Of a DNA stretch of 64,000 nt, positions 42,601 through 52,197 are shown piece by piece (positions within the stretch are counted from its first letter, which is position 1; every line of letters begins with the position of its first letter). The stretch is from NCBI GenBank assembly GCA_006226565.1, contig SBGO01000334.1:359-64358 (forward strand), written 5' to 3'. A program made the position numbers and the translations under genes. The notes under the pieces were generated by a model. That model ran no database searches, was not told where the DNA came from, and worked only from the letters and a program-made list of their open reading frames with translations. The DNA comes from Deltaproteobacteria bacterium. Lineage in GTDB: Bacteria; Myxococcota_A; UBA9042; PHBI01.

Positions 42601-42961
42601 GCGGACCCACGACGGGCGCGGCTGGGAAGTCGCCGCGGGCTACCGAACGACGGTCGACGCGGACGGACGGCGCGTCGAGCGGCTGCGCGTCGGGACCGTG
42701 GACGCCTTCCAGGGCCGAGAGTTCGACGTCGTGCTGTTGTCCGTGACCCGCTCCAACACGCTCCCCGGCGCCACGCCCGAGCAGCAGCGCCGGAAGTACG
42801 GGCACCTGATGCTCGACAACCGCCTCTGTGTCGCGATGAGCCGACAAAAGCGGTTGCTAATCGCCGTCGGCGACCTCTCTTTCGTGCGTGAGGCCGAGCC
42901 GCTGCGCGCGCTGCGGGAGCTTGCCCGACTCTGTGGAGGAAGCCATGGCGTCATTCGATAA
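39680..42961 (+). CDS. SF1 Upf1/DNA2-like helicase with an about 500-aa N-terminal domain of unknown function
   Basis: This is the C-terminal 1093 codons of ORF 38663..42961. The GTG at 39680 overlaps the kinase stop (GTGA) and is preceded by GGAGG. Helicase motifs are CLIQGPPGTGKTKV (I), TVIVDEAARA (II), VLVGDHRQLP (III), YRMHP (IV), VDAFQGREFDVVLLS (V) and VAMSRQKRLL (VI). Confidence 0.8.
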   Translation: MKIHEVTSGVAATLRVTNPEGAFSPPPATGDELVLVSSSDQILARAGDLVWPVRGTTPLDHDALVRVVDGAGPFVAFVARCVDDTMVVETRRFRSEVRLGEPLDIGLDDKALDDLRRTTRRGGSVVDIVRWLSEQLLLPPIPGGPSELARFVVAGDLRDRPDVFRIYGRRLAVDVRRADGKLRVERAARGATPGREPLTLMLAPVRFVDATLTAELTTEARAALEQAVADAGSYLAMWEHFHALDVATTEQQARAFGAVEYTSRKQGPERGWTFRLVKDESLAERLAVLADGHGVTLEVGERAPSFDGTGRPRRKEEGQKVPFSSHVTHLDAGKGRLDLAPADDEAAAPPEKGFLFIARAGDRTRQARRERAEEALRNGTCPMPQLGLLMEGRPAPAARLPRRPAMSPAVRALFGPDGPTQRQREAIERALNTPDVCLIQGPPGTGKTKVITAIEARVAELADEGLEVSHRVLVTAAQHDAVENVAQRTDVFGLPAVKIGRRRGDDGDGEDAVDRFREDRIDALRAKLRVPPEAERLAKARAMAVACMRTRALPDAQARRVREIASTLDGLLPPALVDRALDRAASLESRSDAGDPEQRELELRAARGIRVTPGPFSDDGPLQAAKALRRLDDRLTPDERAYLERCAQVEQDVAPDWIDAGAPLRDALIDRLSSAATPTEARLDDDTQRLLLTLLDAVDHRYASAELGDGAAIAGFMRDLEGDPEGVREMLQHYTVVLAATLQQAAGRRMMAARGLTSGSAEFETVIVDEAARAHPLDLFIPLSMAKRRVVLVGDHRQLPHLLEPDVERQLADGVESGSVGQEVLEAVQASLFQRLWESLRHLEKQDGIKRTVTLDVQYRMHPVLGDFISRTFYEHHGDGRVESPRPAGDLAHQLPEYLRDGEGVPAAWLDVPAHTGAEVPGRSKRRPAEAKTMAREVRRLVDADPTLTFGVIAFYAGQVDEIGEAMLKEGLTERTHDGRGWEVAAGYRTTVDADGRRVERLRVGTVDAFQGREFDVVLLSVTRSNTLPGATPEQQRRKYGHLMLDNRLCVAMSRQKRLLIAVGDLSFVREAEPLRALRELARLCGGSHGVIR

Positions 42962-44405
42962 AGACACTCCGGTGCTTCGCTTCACGAAGCTGCGGAAGCC
43001 GGACGTGCGGTGGGTCCTCTGGCCCGTCCTGGCGTGGCGCGTGGTCGCGCCCGTGCCCCAAGGGCGCCGGTTGAACCTGCTCCAGAAGGCCGCGCTCGGG
43101 TTGGTGCGTGCCGGTGTGACGACGGCGCAAGATGTGTCGGAGCGGCTCCTGATCCTGCCCGACCTCGCGGCCCTCGTGCTCACCGAGCTGCAGGGGATGC
43201 GCCTCGTCGACGAGCTCGGCGCGCTGACACCGAGGGGCGCCGAGCTCGTCGACGAGCTCGACGTCGACCCGCCCGAGGCCCTCGAGGTCGGACACGTCCT
43301 CGCCGATCCGTTCACAGGCAGCCTCTGGCCGCGGCTCTTGACCGGGGACCTCCCGCTGGCGGAGGTCGAGCAGAACGACCAGGGGTGGCCGGTGCTCCTG
43401 AGCGGAAGTCCGGGCGCCCCCTGGCGCGACCATGCCTTCTGCGTGCTGCCGCGACGCGACGACGCCGTGGTCATCGCGCGTCCCGGGGCGAAGGACATCC
43501 TGAGGGCGGCGCGGCGCGGCCGGCGCGTGGCGCAAGCGATGGGCGACGCCGCCCCGGCGCTCCGGCTCGTCTCGTTCATCGACGAGCGGCCGGAGCCCTA
43601 TCTCGCCGCGCTCCCGGTGGTCTCGCACGCCTCGGGCGACTGGATCGTCCTCGATCCCTTCGGCGGCGGCGCGTCCTTCGAGCTGCGCCGGCAGGTCGAG
43701 CGACGCCTCGACGTGCAGCCCGGACTCCGTGCCTGGCTCGCACCGCTCGTGGGGGGCGACGTCGTCGAGGCGACCACCGCGGAGCTCCAGCGACGCGCGG
43801 CGTGGGAGGTCGAGGAGCAGCTGACGCTGGGCGTACGCCGCTTCGCGGGCGTCCACGACCACCTGGTGGCGATGCAGCGAGCGTGGCTCGAGGCGCAGGC
43901 GTGGGAGTCCCCTGACGACAAGGTCGACGACGTGCTCGTCAAGGCGCAGCGCGCGGTGGAAGCGACGATTCGCGAGGTCCTGCGCGGGCACTCCGATCCT
44001 GACGAGCGCCTCTACCTGCAGCTCGCCCCTTCCCACGTGAAGGGATATCAGCGCCAGAACCGCGGCCTCCTGGACGACATCGCTGCTGGGCTCGGCTTCG
44101 CCTCGCCGCTACCGACACAGCTCTCCGGTGTGAAGCCCGGCAAGGTCCAGAGCGCCGAGCAGAGCCTGCGCGGGAGCCTCCGACCGCTGCTGCTCGCCAC
44201 GCTGCTCGCCGCGGACCGGAACGACCGGCACCCACTGCGGCGTTCCGCCAGCGCCTGTCCTGACCTGCTCGAGCGCCTCGACGCCCTGGCCTCCGCCCGC
44301 GACCGCGCCGCCCATGACGGCGACGGCGCGTGGCCCGAGCGCCTCCCCGTACACCTCGAGACGACCTACGACATCGTTCGACACCTCCTGCTCCACAACG
44401 CCTGA
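42945..44405 (+). CDS. hypothetical protein (486 aa)
   Basis: ORF 42888..44405. ATG at 42945 (MASFDKDTPV) is preceded by GGAGGAAG and overlaps the helicase 3' end by 17 nt. No motif was recognised. Confidence 0.5.
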   Translation: MASFDKDTPVLRFTKLRKPDVRWVLWPVLAWRVVAPVPQGRRLNLLQKAALGLVRAGVTTAQDVSERLLILPDLAALVLTELQGMRLVDELGALTPRGAELVDELDVDPPEALEVGHVLADPFTGSLWPRLLTGDLPLAEVEQNDQGWPVLLSGSPGAPWRDHAFCVLPRRDDAVVIARPGAKDILRAARRGRRVAQAMGDAAPALRLVSFIDERPEPYLAALPVVSHASGDWIVLDPFGGGASFELRRQVERRLDVQPGLRAWLAPLVGGDVVEATTAELQRRAAWEVEEQLTLGVRRFAGVHDHLVAMQRAWLEAQAWESPDDKVDDVLVKAQRAVEATIREVLRGHSDPDERLYLQLAPSHVKGYQRQNRGLLDDIAAGLGFASPLPTQLSGVKPGKVQSAEQSLRGSLRPLLLATLLAADRNDRHPLRRSASACPDLLERLDALASARDRAAHDGDGAWPERLPVHLETTYDIVRHLLLHNA

Positions 44406-44433
44406 AGCTCCATCTCTCCAAGGAAAGACCGAC

Positions 44434-46962
44434 ATGACCAAGCCGCGCAAGCACCCGAAGTCCCGTCCGCAGCCCAGCCCGAAGAGCGCCGAGAAGAGCG
44501 CGTCGACCGAAGAGGTCGCCGAGGTCGAGACGATCGAGGCAGAGGCAGCCGCCCTGACCGGGTCGCTCGGCGCCCCCCCTGCGCCCGCGGAGCCGCAGAG
44601 CACCGACGTCGCGCTCGGCACGCTGGTGGCCCGCGCTGCGAAGGCCCTCGAGGAGCTCAAGGGGCACCTCGCCACGGCGAAGACGACCCGCGACGCAGCC
44701 GAGCGCCGGGCCAGGCAGGTCGCGGAGGAGGCGGACGCGTTGCAGGCCGAGCGGACCGCGCTCGAGGAGGCTCGACGCGCCGCCGAGTCTCGGGACGCCA
44801 GCCTCGCCGAGCGCGAGGCGTCCGTCGTGGCGCGGGAGCTCGACGCCGAGCGCGGATTCCTCGCGCACAAGGCGGAGATCCTCGGGGGCCTCGAGGCGGA
44901 CGTGAGCGCGCTCCGCGCCCAGCGCACGGCGCTCGCCGACGAGCTGCGGGGGCGCCGAGAGAGCGCGGAGGAGGAGGCGCGCAAGAAGGTGGAGGCGCAC
45001 GAGCGCAAGTGGGCCGACGCGCAGAAGAAGCGGAGCGAGCACGCGGCGAAGGCGCGCCTGGAGCTCGACGAGGCGCTCGCTCGCGACCGTGAGACCGGCC
45101 TCGCCGAGACCCGCAAGAAGCTCCAGGAGGAGCGAGAGCGGGTGCGTGCAACCCTGGACGCGGAGCGGTCAGCCCTCGATGCGGAGATCATGGCACGGCA
45201 CGGCGCGCTGCAGGCCCACTCGGACGCCCTCGACACGCGCGAGCGGGAGCTTCGGATCACCGAGCGTGACCTCCTCGTCGATCAGGACCTCATGAAAGAG
45301 GAGCGCGAGGCCCTCGACAAGAAGGTCGCCCGCCTCGTGGCGGAGTCGACCGAGCAGCTCCGGCACGAGCTCGCGAGCGCGACCACGCTGCTGAAGGAGG
45401 CGCGGGCTCAGCGTGATGGCTACTGGGCCGACCTCGAGGCCCGACGCGAGCTGGACCGCCGCTTCGGCGGACGAACGCCCGAGGAGATCCTGGCCCACCT
45501 CCAGCACGTCGAGCGGGAGCGTGACGAGCTGACGCGCCAGCTCCGCGAGCGCCCCGACGAGCGCGCGGCGACGCGGCTCGCCAACCTCGAGCGCGAGCGC
45601 TCCGACTGGCACGACCAGCGCGCGAGCCTCGAGGTGGATCTCGCCAACGCGCGCTCCGAGCTGAGCACCCGGCGCATCGCGGCCATCGAGCTCGAGGGCC
45701 TGCGGCGGGAGAAGGAGGCCCTGCGCACGACGAACGCGCTGCTCGACCAGGCGCTCTCCGAGCTCGACGCCAAGGTCACGGAGCTCACCCACCAGGACGA
45801 CAAGCGCAACCCGATGACCGCCCTCACGGCCCTGGACGCCGACGAGGTTCTCCAGCTGCCGCGTCGCACGGTCGCGCCGCTGCACGGCGCAACGCCGGAC
45901 CTGCGCGCGTTCGCGGAGGATCTGCGTCACCGCATCGCCCATGGTGTCGAGGGGCGGACCCTCTACTACACGGCGGAGGACATCCGAGCGTTCCTCGGCG
46001 GCCTCGCGATGACGCAGCTCATGCTCCTCCAGGGCATCTCCGGGACGGGGAAGACGAGCCTGCCGCTCGCCTTCGCGAGCGCGGTCGGGGGCGACGTGGA
46101 GGTCGTCGAGGTGCAGGCGGGCTGGCGCGACCGACAGGACCTGGTCGGCTACTACAACGCCTTCCACAAGCACTACTACGCGACGAGCTTCCTGCAGGCG
46201 CTCTACCGGGCGGGCACGCCGGCGAACAAGGACCGCGTCTTCCTGATGGTCCTCGACGAGATCAACCTGTCCCGGCCCGAGCAGTTCTTCGCCGACTTCC
46301 TGTCCGCGCTGGAGCAGCCGACGGAGAAGCGCCGCCTCACGCTGGTCAACGACCCGATCACGGCCGCGCCGAAGCTCCTCGTGGACGGTCGCCACTTGCC
46401 GATCCCGCCGAACGTGTGGTTCGTCGGGACGGCCAACCACGACGAGACGACCGTGGCGTTCGCGGACAAGACCTACGATCGGGCCCACGTCATGGAGATG
46501 CCGCGGAACACCGACGCAGCGCGCTTCGAGGTCGAGCACAAGAACGGCCGCGGCACCATCTCGCACCAGGGGCTCATCGACGCCTTCGCCGCCGCCGCGG
46601 CCAAGCGGAGCAACGAGGTCGAGCACGCGACGCAGTGGCTGCGCCAGGCGCCGTTCGCCGAGACCCTCGGGCGTCGCTTCCGGGTCGGCTGGGGCAACCG
46701 CCTCGAGCAGCAGCTGGGGCGCTACCTCCCCGTCATCGTCGAAGCCGGGGGCAGCGTGGGTGAGGCGATGGATCACCTCCTCGTGACGAAGGTCTTCCGC
46801 AAGCTCGCGGACCGGCATGACGTGCGGGCGGAGGCGCTCGGCACCCTCAAGGACGAGCTCCTCACGACCTGGCTGGACCTCGACAAAGCTCACGGCCCCG
46901 AGCGCTGCGCGGCGCTCCTCGACCGCGAGATCGAGGCGAAGCTGGGGGAGGATCTGGCTTGA
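44434..46962 (+). CDS. McrB-like AAA+ GTPase/ATPase with an about 480-aa N-terminal coiled-coil region
   Basis: ORF 44314..46962. ATG at 44434 (MTKPRKHPK) is preceded by AAGGAAAG. The AAA region has LLQGISGTGKTS (Walker A), LMVLDEINLSRPEQFFADFLSALE (a McrB-type DEIN...F..L..LE Walker B plus sensor) and FVGTANHDE. The upstream half is highly charged (heptad-like ER/EA/AL repeats). Confidence 0.65.
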   Translation: MTKPRKHPKSRPQPSPKSAEKSASTEEVAEVETIEAEAAALTGSLGAPPAPAEPQSTDVALGTLVARAAKALEELKGHLATAKTTRDAAERRARQVAEEADALQAERTALEEARRAAESRDASLAEREASVVARELDAERGFLAHKAEILGGLEADVSALRAQRTALADELRGRRESAEEEARKKVEAHERKWADAQKKRSEHAAKARLELDEALARDRETGLAETRKKLQEERERVRATLDAERSALDAEIMARHGALQAHSDALDTRERELRITERDLLVDQDLMKEEREALDKKVARLVAESTEQLRHELASATTLLKEARAQRDGYWADLEARRELDRRFGGRTPEEILAHLQHVERERDELTRQLRERPDERAATRLANLERERSDWHDQRASLEVDLANARSELSTRRIAAIELEGLRREKEALRTTNALLDQALSELDAKVTELTHQDDKRNPMTALTALDADEVLQLPRRTVAPLHGATPDLRAFAEDLRHRIAHGVEGRTLYYTAEDIRAFLGGLAMTQLMLLQGISGTGKTSLPLAFASAVGGDVEVVEVQAGWRDRQDLVGYYNAFHKHYYATSFLQALYRAGTPANKDRVFLMVLDEINLSRPEQFFADFLSALEQPTEKRRLTLVNDPITAAPKLLVDGRHLPIPPNVWFVGTANHDETTVAFADKTYDRAHVMEMPRNTDAARFEVEHKNGRGTISHQGLIDAFAAAAAKRSNEVEHATQWLRQAPFAETLGRRFRVGWGNRLEQQLGRYLPVIVEAGGSVGEAMDHLLVTKVFRKLADRHDVRAEALGTLKDELLTTWLDLDKAHGPERCAALLDREIEAKLGEDLA

Positions 46963-48968
46963 AGCTGCGCCCTCGACTCGCGCTCCCTTCCGCGCCGAAT
47001 GAGCCCCCTCCGAGGGCGCTGCTCTGCGACGCCTGGACGATCCACGGGCAGCGAACCAGCGGCGAGGCCGGCGCCTACCCGGGGCCGGTCGTCGGGAACT
47101 GGCCGGACGACCTGGAGACCGACGCCGCGCAGCGGCTCTCCGAAGCCGTCGGGAGCGAAGCCGGCTGGGAGACGCTCGCGGCGACCCCGGCGATCGCGCG
47201 GAAGCTCAGCGAGCGAGCGCGGCTGCAGCCGCTCGACCGCGAGCTCCTTCGCCACCTCCATCATCTGCAGGAGGTCTGTCATCGCCCACGCCTCCACCTG
47301 CGCGTGGAGGACGAGCGTCTTCCCGTGGCGCGCGCGCGGCGATGGCCCACCCGGGCCGTGGCGGACCTCGTGTCCCACCCCGGAGACTGGGAACACCGCA
47401 CGCTGCGAAGCGTGCAGCCGCGACGCATCTTGGCGCGACAGATCGAGGACGAGTGGAACCTGTACGAGAACCGCGTGGCGGTCCGCCTCGTCGACCGGCT
47501 CCTCACCTATCTCGCGCGTCGGATCGAGGAGCTTCGGCGCATCGAGACGACGATGGCGCAGCGACGCGACCAGGGCGATCACACCAAGTCGTCACGGTGG
47601 CGCGTCCACCGCATCATGACGGCCTGGGCCGAGAGCCTCGACGCCGACACCGAGCACGCGCTGAGCGACACCCAGCGCGCGCTTGCGCACGCGCAGCAGA
47701 AACTCCAGGCCCTGACCGACACCCCCCTCTACCGGCACATCCCGCTGCGGGCGACGGTCCCGCTGGCGCTCCAGCAGACGAACATCCTTTCCAACGACGC
47801 CCACTATCGCAAGGTCGCCGCGTTGTGGCGCGCGTGGTCCCGGCACGGCTACAAGAAGCCGGAGACGCGGCTTCAGCGCGAGCGTCGGCGCCAAGAGGAG
47901 GCGCACGCGTGGGACCGCTTCGTGCTGCACCTGGTCGCGCGCGCAGCGACAGCGCTGGGCTGGACTGCGAGCGGCGACGCGCCCGCGTGGCGGCTGGAGA
48001 AACCCGGAGCGACAGACGTGACGGTGGAGGTCTCCGAATCCGGAGCCGTGACGCTGCACGCGGGGGGGGCGGGCCGACTCGCCTTGGTGCCGCTCTGCGC
48101 CGTGCTCGAGTTTGCCGATGCGCAGGCCGTCGACGCTGCGCTCCAGCCCTGGAGTGACAGTGAGGTCGAGGTCGTCGGGATTCACGTCGGCGGCGTGGCC
48201 GGCAAGGTCGACGCGGACCGGGCGACGGGCTGGCGGTTCGGCGACCACGCTGTCCTCCTCCCGGCATCGCCGTGGGCGATCGACTCGGAGGAGCGTATGG
48301 CGCGGCTCCTCAATGGCTGGTTGGCCCGTCACGCGAGCCCGACGTACCCGGTCCACGTGGAGGCGCGAGCGCTCCCGCAGCCGCCTCCCTGGGAGTGGTT
48401 GATCAAGAACGATCAACACATTGTCGCGCTGCGCGCTCCGACACGACGCGAGCACCAAGACGCCACGACGTGGTGCCAGCGAGAGCAAACGAAGCTCGAG
48501 CGCGCCGCGGAGCAGGCACGAGCGGCCAAGCAGGCGTTCTCTCGCGCACCGCTCACCGCGATCGGCGTGTTGAGCGACCTGATCCACACCGCCGCCCGGC
48601 TCGAGGACCTCGCGTCGTGCCCGGTGTGTGGTGGACGCGGTCACGTCCACCCGCGCCCCGGCCGCGCACCTGACGGGAGCGACGCGACGTGGTGGGCGAG
48701 CTGTCCCGGCTGCGGCGCCGAGTGGGGCCTGCGTGCCTGCACCACCTGCGGTGACCGCTTTCCGGTCCTCTTCCCCCATCTCAGCCAAGAGACTCGGGCG
48801 AGCCTGGAAGGCCTCGCCGCTGCCGACTGGCCGGACCGCGCGCTCGGCGCGGATGCCTGGGCACAGCCGTGCCGCGGCGACTTCCCTCGACACGCCCGCT
48901 GCCCGACCTGCGGCAGCTGTTCGAGCGGCGAATGCCGACACTGCTCAGCGCCACCGGGAGGGCACTAA
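46959..48968 (+). CDS. Cys-rich partner protein of the McrB-like ATPase (possibly McrC/DUF2357-like N-terminus; several C-terminal CxxC zinc ribbons)
   Basis: ORF 46959..48968; the TTG start overlaps the upstream stop. The C-terminal CPVCGG...CPGCGAEW...CTTCGD...CPTCGSCSSGECRHC gives at least four CxxC pairs. I could not find a convincing PD-(D/E)xK motif. Confidence 0.45.
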   Translation: MKLRPRLALPSAPNEPPPRALLCDAWTIHGQRTSGEAGAYPGPVVGNWPDDLETDAAQRLSEAVGSEAGWETLAATPAIARKLSERARLQPLDRELLRHLHHLQEVCHRPRLHLRVEDERLPVARARRWPTRAVADLVSHPGDWEHRTLRSVQPRRILARQIEDEWNLYENRVAVRLVDRLLTYLARRIEELRRIETTMAQRRDQGDHTKSSRWRVHRIMTAWAESLDADTEHALSDTQRALAHAQQKLQALTDTPLYRHIPLRATVPLALQQTNILSNDAHYRKVAALWRAWSRHGYKKPETRLQRERRRQEEAHAWDRFVLHLVARAATALGWTASGDAPAWRLEKPGATDVTVEVSESGAVTLHAGGAGRLALVPLCAVLEFADAQAVDAALQPWSDSEVEVVGIHVGGVAGKVDADRATGWRFGDHAVLLPASPWAIDSEERMARLLNGWLARHASPTYPVHVEARALPQPPPWEWLIKNDQHIVALRAPTRREHQDATTWCQREQTKLERAAEQARAAKQAFSRAPLTAIGVLSDLIHTAARLEDLASCPVCGGRGHVHPRPGRAPDGSDATWWASCPGCGAEWGLRACTTCGDRFPVLFPHLSQETRASLEGLAAADWPDRALGADAWAQPCRGDFPRHARCPTCGSCSSGECRHCSAPPGGH

Positions 48969-49077
48969 GCCGAGAGAACCCGCGCCCGGAGCCCTCCGCA
49001 CCGCTCGTCCGTGTAGGCTGGACGGAGGCAGGCGCGTGGGCCATTGTCGCCGTTGTCCACGCGGACGGGAGCACGCG

Positions 49078-52000
49078 GTGTCGCTGAAGCCAGGTTTGTA
49101 CGACCTTCCCGTGACCCGCGCGGTCGCTCGCGCCCTCGAATCGCTCGCGGTCGAGCTCAGGCAGGTCGAAGACGTCGAAGCTGACGAGCTGCCGCTCATG
49201 CTCGCCCGACACCTTCAGCGTCGCCTGGTCCATGCGTTCGGCGCAATTCCCCGGGACGAGCGAAGCACCGAGGCCGTCGAACTCGCAAATCGCCTCCTCG
49301 CAGACGTTCAGGAGCGGTGGCCGCGCGCCGGGCACGACGCAGAGGACGAGGTCGTAGCGCCTGCGCGCAAGCTCCTCGCCGTCGCGGCACCGGCGATTGT
49401 GCCCCACGTCCCGGAGCGCCCCGCCATCCCCCTCGCGACGAGCGACCTGCTCGTCAACGGCCACATGGACAAGGCGGTCGGCCCCGAGCTGCGCCGCGAG
49501 CTCGCCTCCGCCGACCGCGTGGACCTCCTCTGCTCGTTCATCAAGTGGTCGGGCCTTCGTCTCCTCGAAGACGCGCTGAAGGAGCTGCTCGCGCGCCGCC
49601 CGCGCAGCCTCCGCGTCCTGACGACCGCGTACATGAGCGCGACCGAGCGCCGCGCCCTCGACGCTCTGGTAGCGCTTGGTGCCGATGTCCGCGTCTCATA
49701 CGACACGGCGCGGACGCGCCTGCACGCCAAGGCGTGGCTCCTGCATCGCGAGAGCGGCTTCTCGACCGCCTTCGTCGGCTCGTCGAACCTATCGGCCGCC
49801 GCGCTGCTCGATGGCCTCGAGTGGAACGTCCGCCTCTCCCAGGTCGATAACGGCCCCATCCTCGAGAAGTTCGAGGCGACCTTCGACCAGTACTGGGGCG
49901 ACACCGAGTTTCAGCCCTACGACCCGACTACCTTCGACGCCGCGCTCGTGACGGAGCCCGCGGGGCCCACCCCGTCGCTGCTCATGCTCGACATCGAGCC
50001 ACGTCCCCACCAACAGGAGATCCTCGACGCCCTCGCCGCCGAGCGGACGCACGGCCACCACCGAAACCTCGTCGTGGCGGCGACCGGCACCGGCAAGACC
50101 ATCGTCGCCGCGCTCGACTATCGACGCCTCCGACGCGAGCTCCCTCGCGCGCGGCTCCTCTTCGTCGCCCACCGCGAGGAGATCCTCACCCAGAGCTTGC
50201 TCCTCTTCCGCGTCGCCCTCCGCGACGGCGCGTTCGGCGAGCTCCTCGTCGGCCGCGACCACGCCGCACGATGGGACCACGTCTTTGCATCGATCCAGTC
50301 GCTCCACGCGGACCGGCTCGCCGACCTGCCCAGGGACCAATTCGACGTCGTCATCGTCGACGAGTTCCACCACGCCGCCGCGGACACCTACACGCGCCTC
50401 CTCGAGCACTTCACGCCGCGCGTGCTGCTGGGTCTGACGGCGACCCCCGAGCGCGCTGACGGCCGCTCGGTGCTCGGCTGGTTCGACGGCCGCGTCGCCT
50501 CGGAGCTCCGGCTGTGGAAGGCGCTCGATCAGGGCCTCTTGAGCCCCTTCCACTACTTTGGCGTCGGCGGCGCGCCGGACATCAGCTCCGAGCGCCTGTG
50601 GGTCCGCGGCCGCTACGACCTTTCCAAGCTCGCCAACGTCTACACGGCCAACCACGTCTTCGCGCTCCGCGTCCTCCAGGAGGTCGAGCACAAGGTCACG
50701 GACATCGGGAAGATGCGCGCGCTCGGCTTCTGCGTGGACATCGCCCACGCCGAGTTCATGGCCGAGCAGTTCGGCAAGCGCGGCGTTCCTTCGCTGGCGG
50801 TCAGCGCCAAGACGTCTAAGTCGGGCCGCCGAGGCGCGCTCGAGGCGCTGCGAGACGGCACGATTCGCGTGCTGTTCACCGTCGACCTCTTCAACGAGGG
50901 CGTCGACCTCCCCGACGTCGACACCGTCATCTTCCTCCGCCCCACCGACAGCGCGACCGTGTTTCTCCAGCAGCTCGGTCGAGGGCTGCGACGATCGCGT
51001 GACAAGGCGTGCTTGACGGTGCTCGACTTCATCGGTAACGCGCATCGCCGCTTCCGCTTCGACACGCGCTTTCGCGCCATCGTCGGCGGCACCCGCCGCG
51101 GGGTGCGGGAGCAGGTTGAGCAGGGATTCCCGTCACTTCCAAGTGGCTGCAACATCCAGCTCGACCGCGAGGCGACGCGCGCGGTCCTCGACAATATCAA
51201 GCACGCGCTCGGCCTCGGTCGCCGCGGGCTCGTCGACGACCTGCGTCAACTGACCCAAGAACGGGGAAACGTCGATCTGGACACATTCCTACGCGAGTCG
51301 GGCGTAGACCTCGAGGACCTCTACACGTCGAAGAGCGGCGGATGGTGCTTCACCCGACTCAGACGGGAAGCGGGCGTCATCCCTGCCCCCGGCGACGGCG
51401 ACGCTGACGCCGAGCGCAACGAGCAGGTCGAGCGTGCCTACGGCCGCCTGCTGCACCTCGACGATAGCTGGCGACTCGAAGGGCTGCGGCGACTCCTCGC
51501 TCATGCCATCCCACCGTCAGCCGATCCGAGCGATGCGCTCCAGCGAGCCCTCTTCGTGTACCTCGGCGACATGCGCCGCCCGTTGACCGAGATGCAGAGC
51601 GCTTTCGACCACCTCTGGCGAAACGCCGACCTTCTCGATGAGCTCCGGCAATTGTTGGCGCTGCTCTACGACCGCACTCGGCGACTGACGACGCCGCTCT
51701 TCGGCGGCGGGCTCGACGCGCCGCTACAAGTCCATGCGACCTACAGCCTCGACGAGGTGATGGCGCTGGTGGACGAGCGCAACAGCAAGGGCGGCATTCA
51801 GCGCATTCAGACGGGCGTCTACTACCTCGAGGCGGCACGAACCGACTTGTTCTTCGTCACGCGCGAGAAGAGCGAGAAGCACTACACCCCGACGACGCTC
51901 TACAAGGACTATCCGCTGAGCACGCGACGGTTTCATTGGGAGAGCCAGTCCACCTGCCACGCGGGAACAAAGACGGGGCGACGCTACACGACGCTGGCCC

Positions 52001-52197
52001 GCGGGGGGGACAACCAAGCGCTCATGTTCCTTCGCCAGCGGCGGCACGACGATCGCGGTGAGACGATGCCGTACACTCTACTTGGCCGCTGCTACTACGA
52101 ATCCCACACGGAGGAACGCCCCATGGAGATCGTCTGGGCGCTCGAGCACCCGATTCCAGCGGCATTCTACCAGGAGATCAAGGTCGCGGCGGGGTAG
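49078..52197 (+). CDS. PLD-family (HxK) nuclease / SF2 DEAH-type helicase / C-terminal DUF3427-like domain fusion
   Basis: This covers about 1039 codons of ORF 48628..52197 from GTG 49078; the start is uncertain. The PLD motif is RLHAKAWLLHRESGFSTAFVGSSNLS (HxK...GSxN). Helicase motifs are VVAATGTGKT, VVIVDEFHH, GLTATPER and TVDLFNEGVDLPDVDTVIFLRPTDS...QQLGRGLRR. Its 3' end overlaps the convergent gene by 20 nt. Confidence 0.7.
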   Translation: MSLKPGLYDLPVTRAVARALESLAVELRQVEDVEADELPLMLARHLQRRLVHAFGAIPRDERSTEAVELANRLLADVQERWPRAGHDAEDEVVAPARKLLAVAAPAIVPHVPERPAIPLATSDLLVNGHMDKAVGPELRRELASADRVDLLCSFIKWSGLRLLEDALKELLARRPRSLRVLTTAYMSATERRALDALVALGADVRVSYDTARTRLHAKAWLLHRESGFSTAFVGSSNLSAAALLDGLEWNVRLSQVDNGPILEKFEATFDQYWGDTEFQPYDPTTFDAALVTEPAGPTPSLLMLDIEPRPHQQEILDALAAERTHGHHRNLVVAATGTGKTIVAALDYRRLRRELPRARLLFVAHREEILTQSLLLFRVALRDGAFGELLVGRDHAARWDHVFASIQSLHADRLADLPRDQFDVVIVDEFHHAAADTYTRLLEHFTPRVLLGLTATPERADGRSVLGWFDGRVASELRLWKALDQGLLSPFHYFGVGGAPDISSERLWVRGRYDLSKLANVYTANHVFALRVLQEVEHKVTDIGKMRALGFCVDIAHAEFMAEQFGKRGVPSLAVSAKTSKSGRRGALEALRDGTIRVLFTVDLFNEGVDLPDVDTVIFLRPTDSATVFLQQLGRGLRRSRDKACLTVLDFIGNAHRRFRFDTRFRAIVGGTRRGVREQVEQGFPSLPSGCNIQLDREATRAVLDNIKHALGLGRRGLVDDLRQLTQERGNVDLDTFLRESGVDLEDLYTSKSGGWCFTRLRREAGVIPAPGDGDADAERNEQVERAYGRLLHLDDSWRLEGLRRLLAHAIPPSADPSDALQRALFVYLGDMRRPLTEMQSAFDHLWRNADLLDELRQLLALLYDRTRRLTTPLFGGGLDAPLQVHATYSLDEVMALVDERNSKGGIQRIQTGVYYLEAARTDLFFVTREKSEKHYTPTTLYKDYPLSTRRFHWESQSTCHAGTKTGRRYTTLARGGDNQALMFLRQRRHDDRGETMPYTLLGRCYYESHTEERPMEIVWALEHPIPAAFYQEIKVAAG

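Noticed and set aside
46959-48968. Calling the McrB-partner protein a McrC nuclease
   Set aside because: I could not locate a PD-(D/E)xK catalytic triad. Only zinc-ribbon CxxC pairs are evident, so it is labelled as a Cys-rich partner only.
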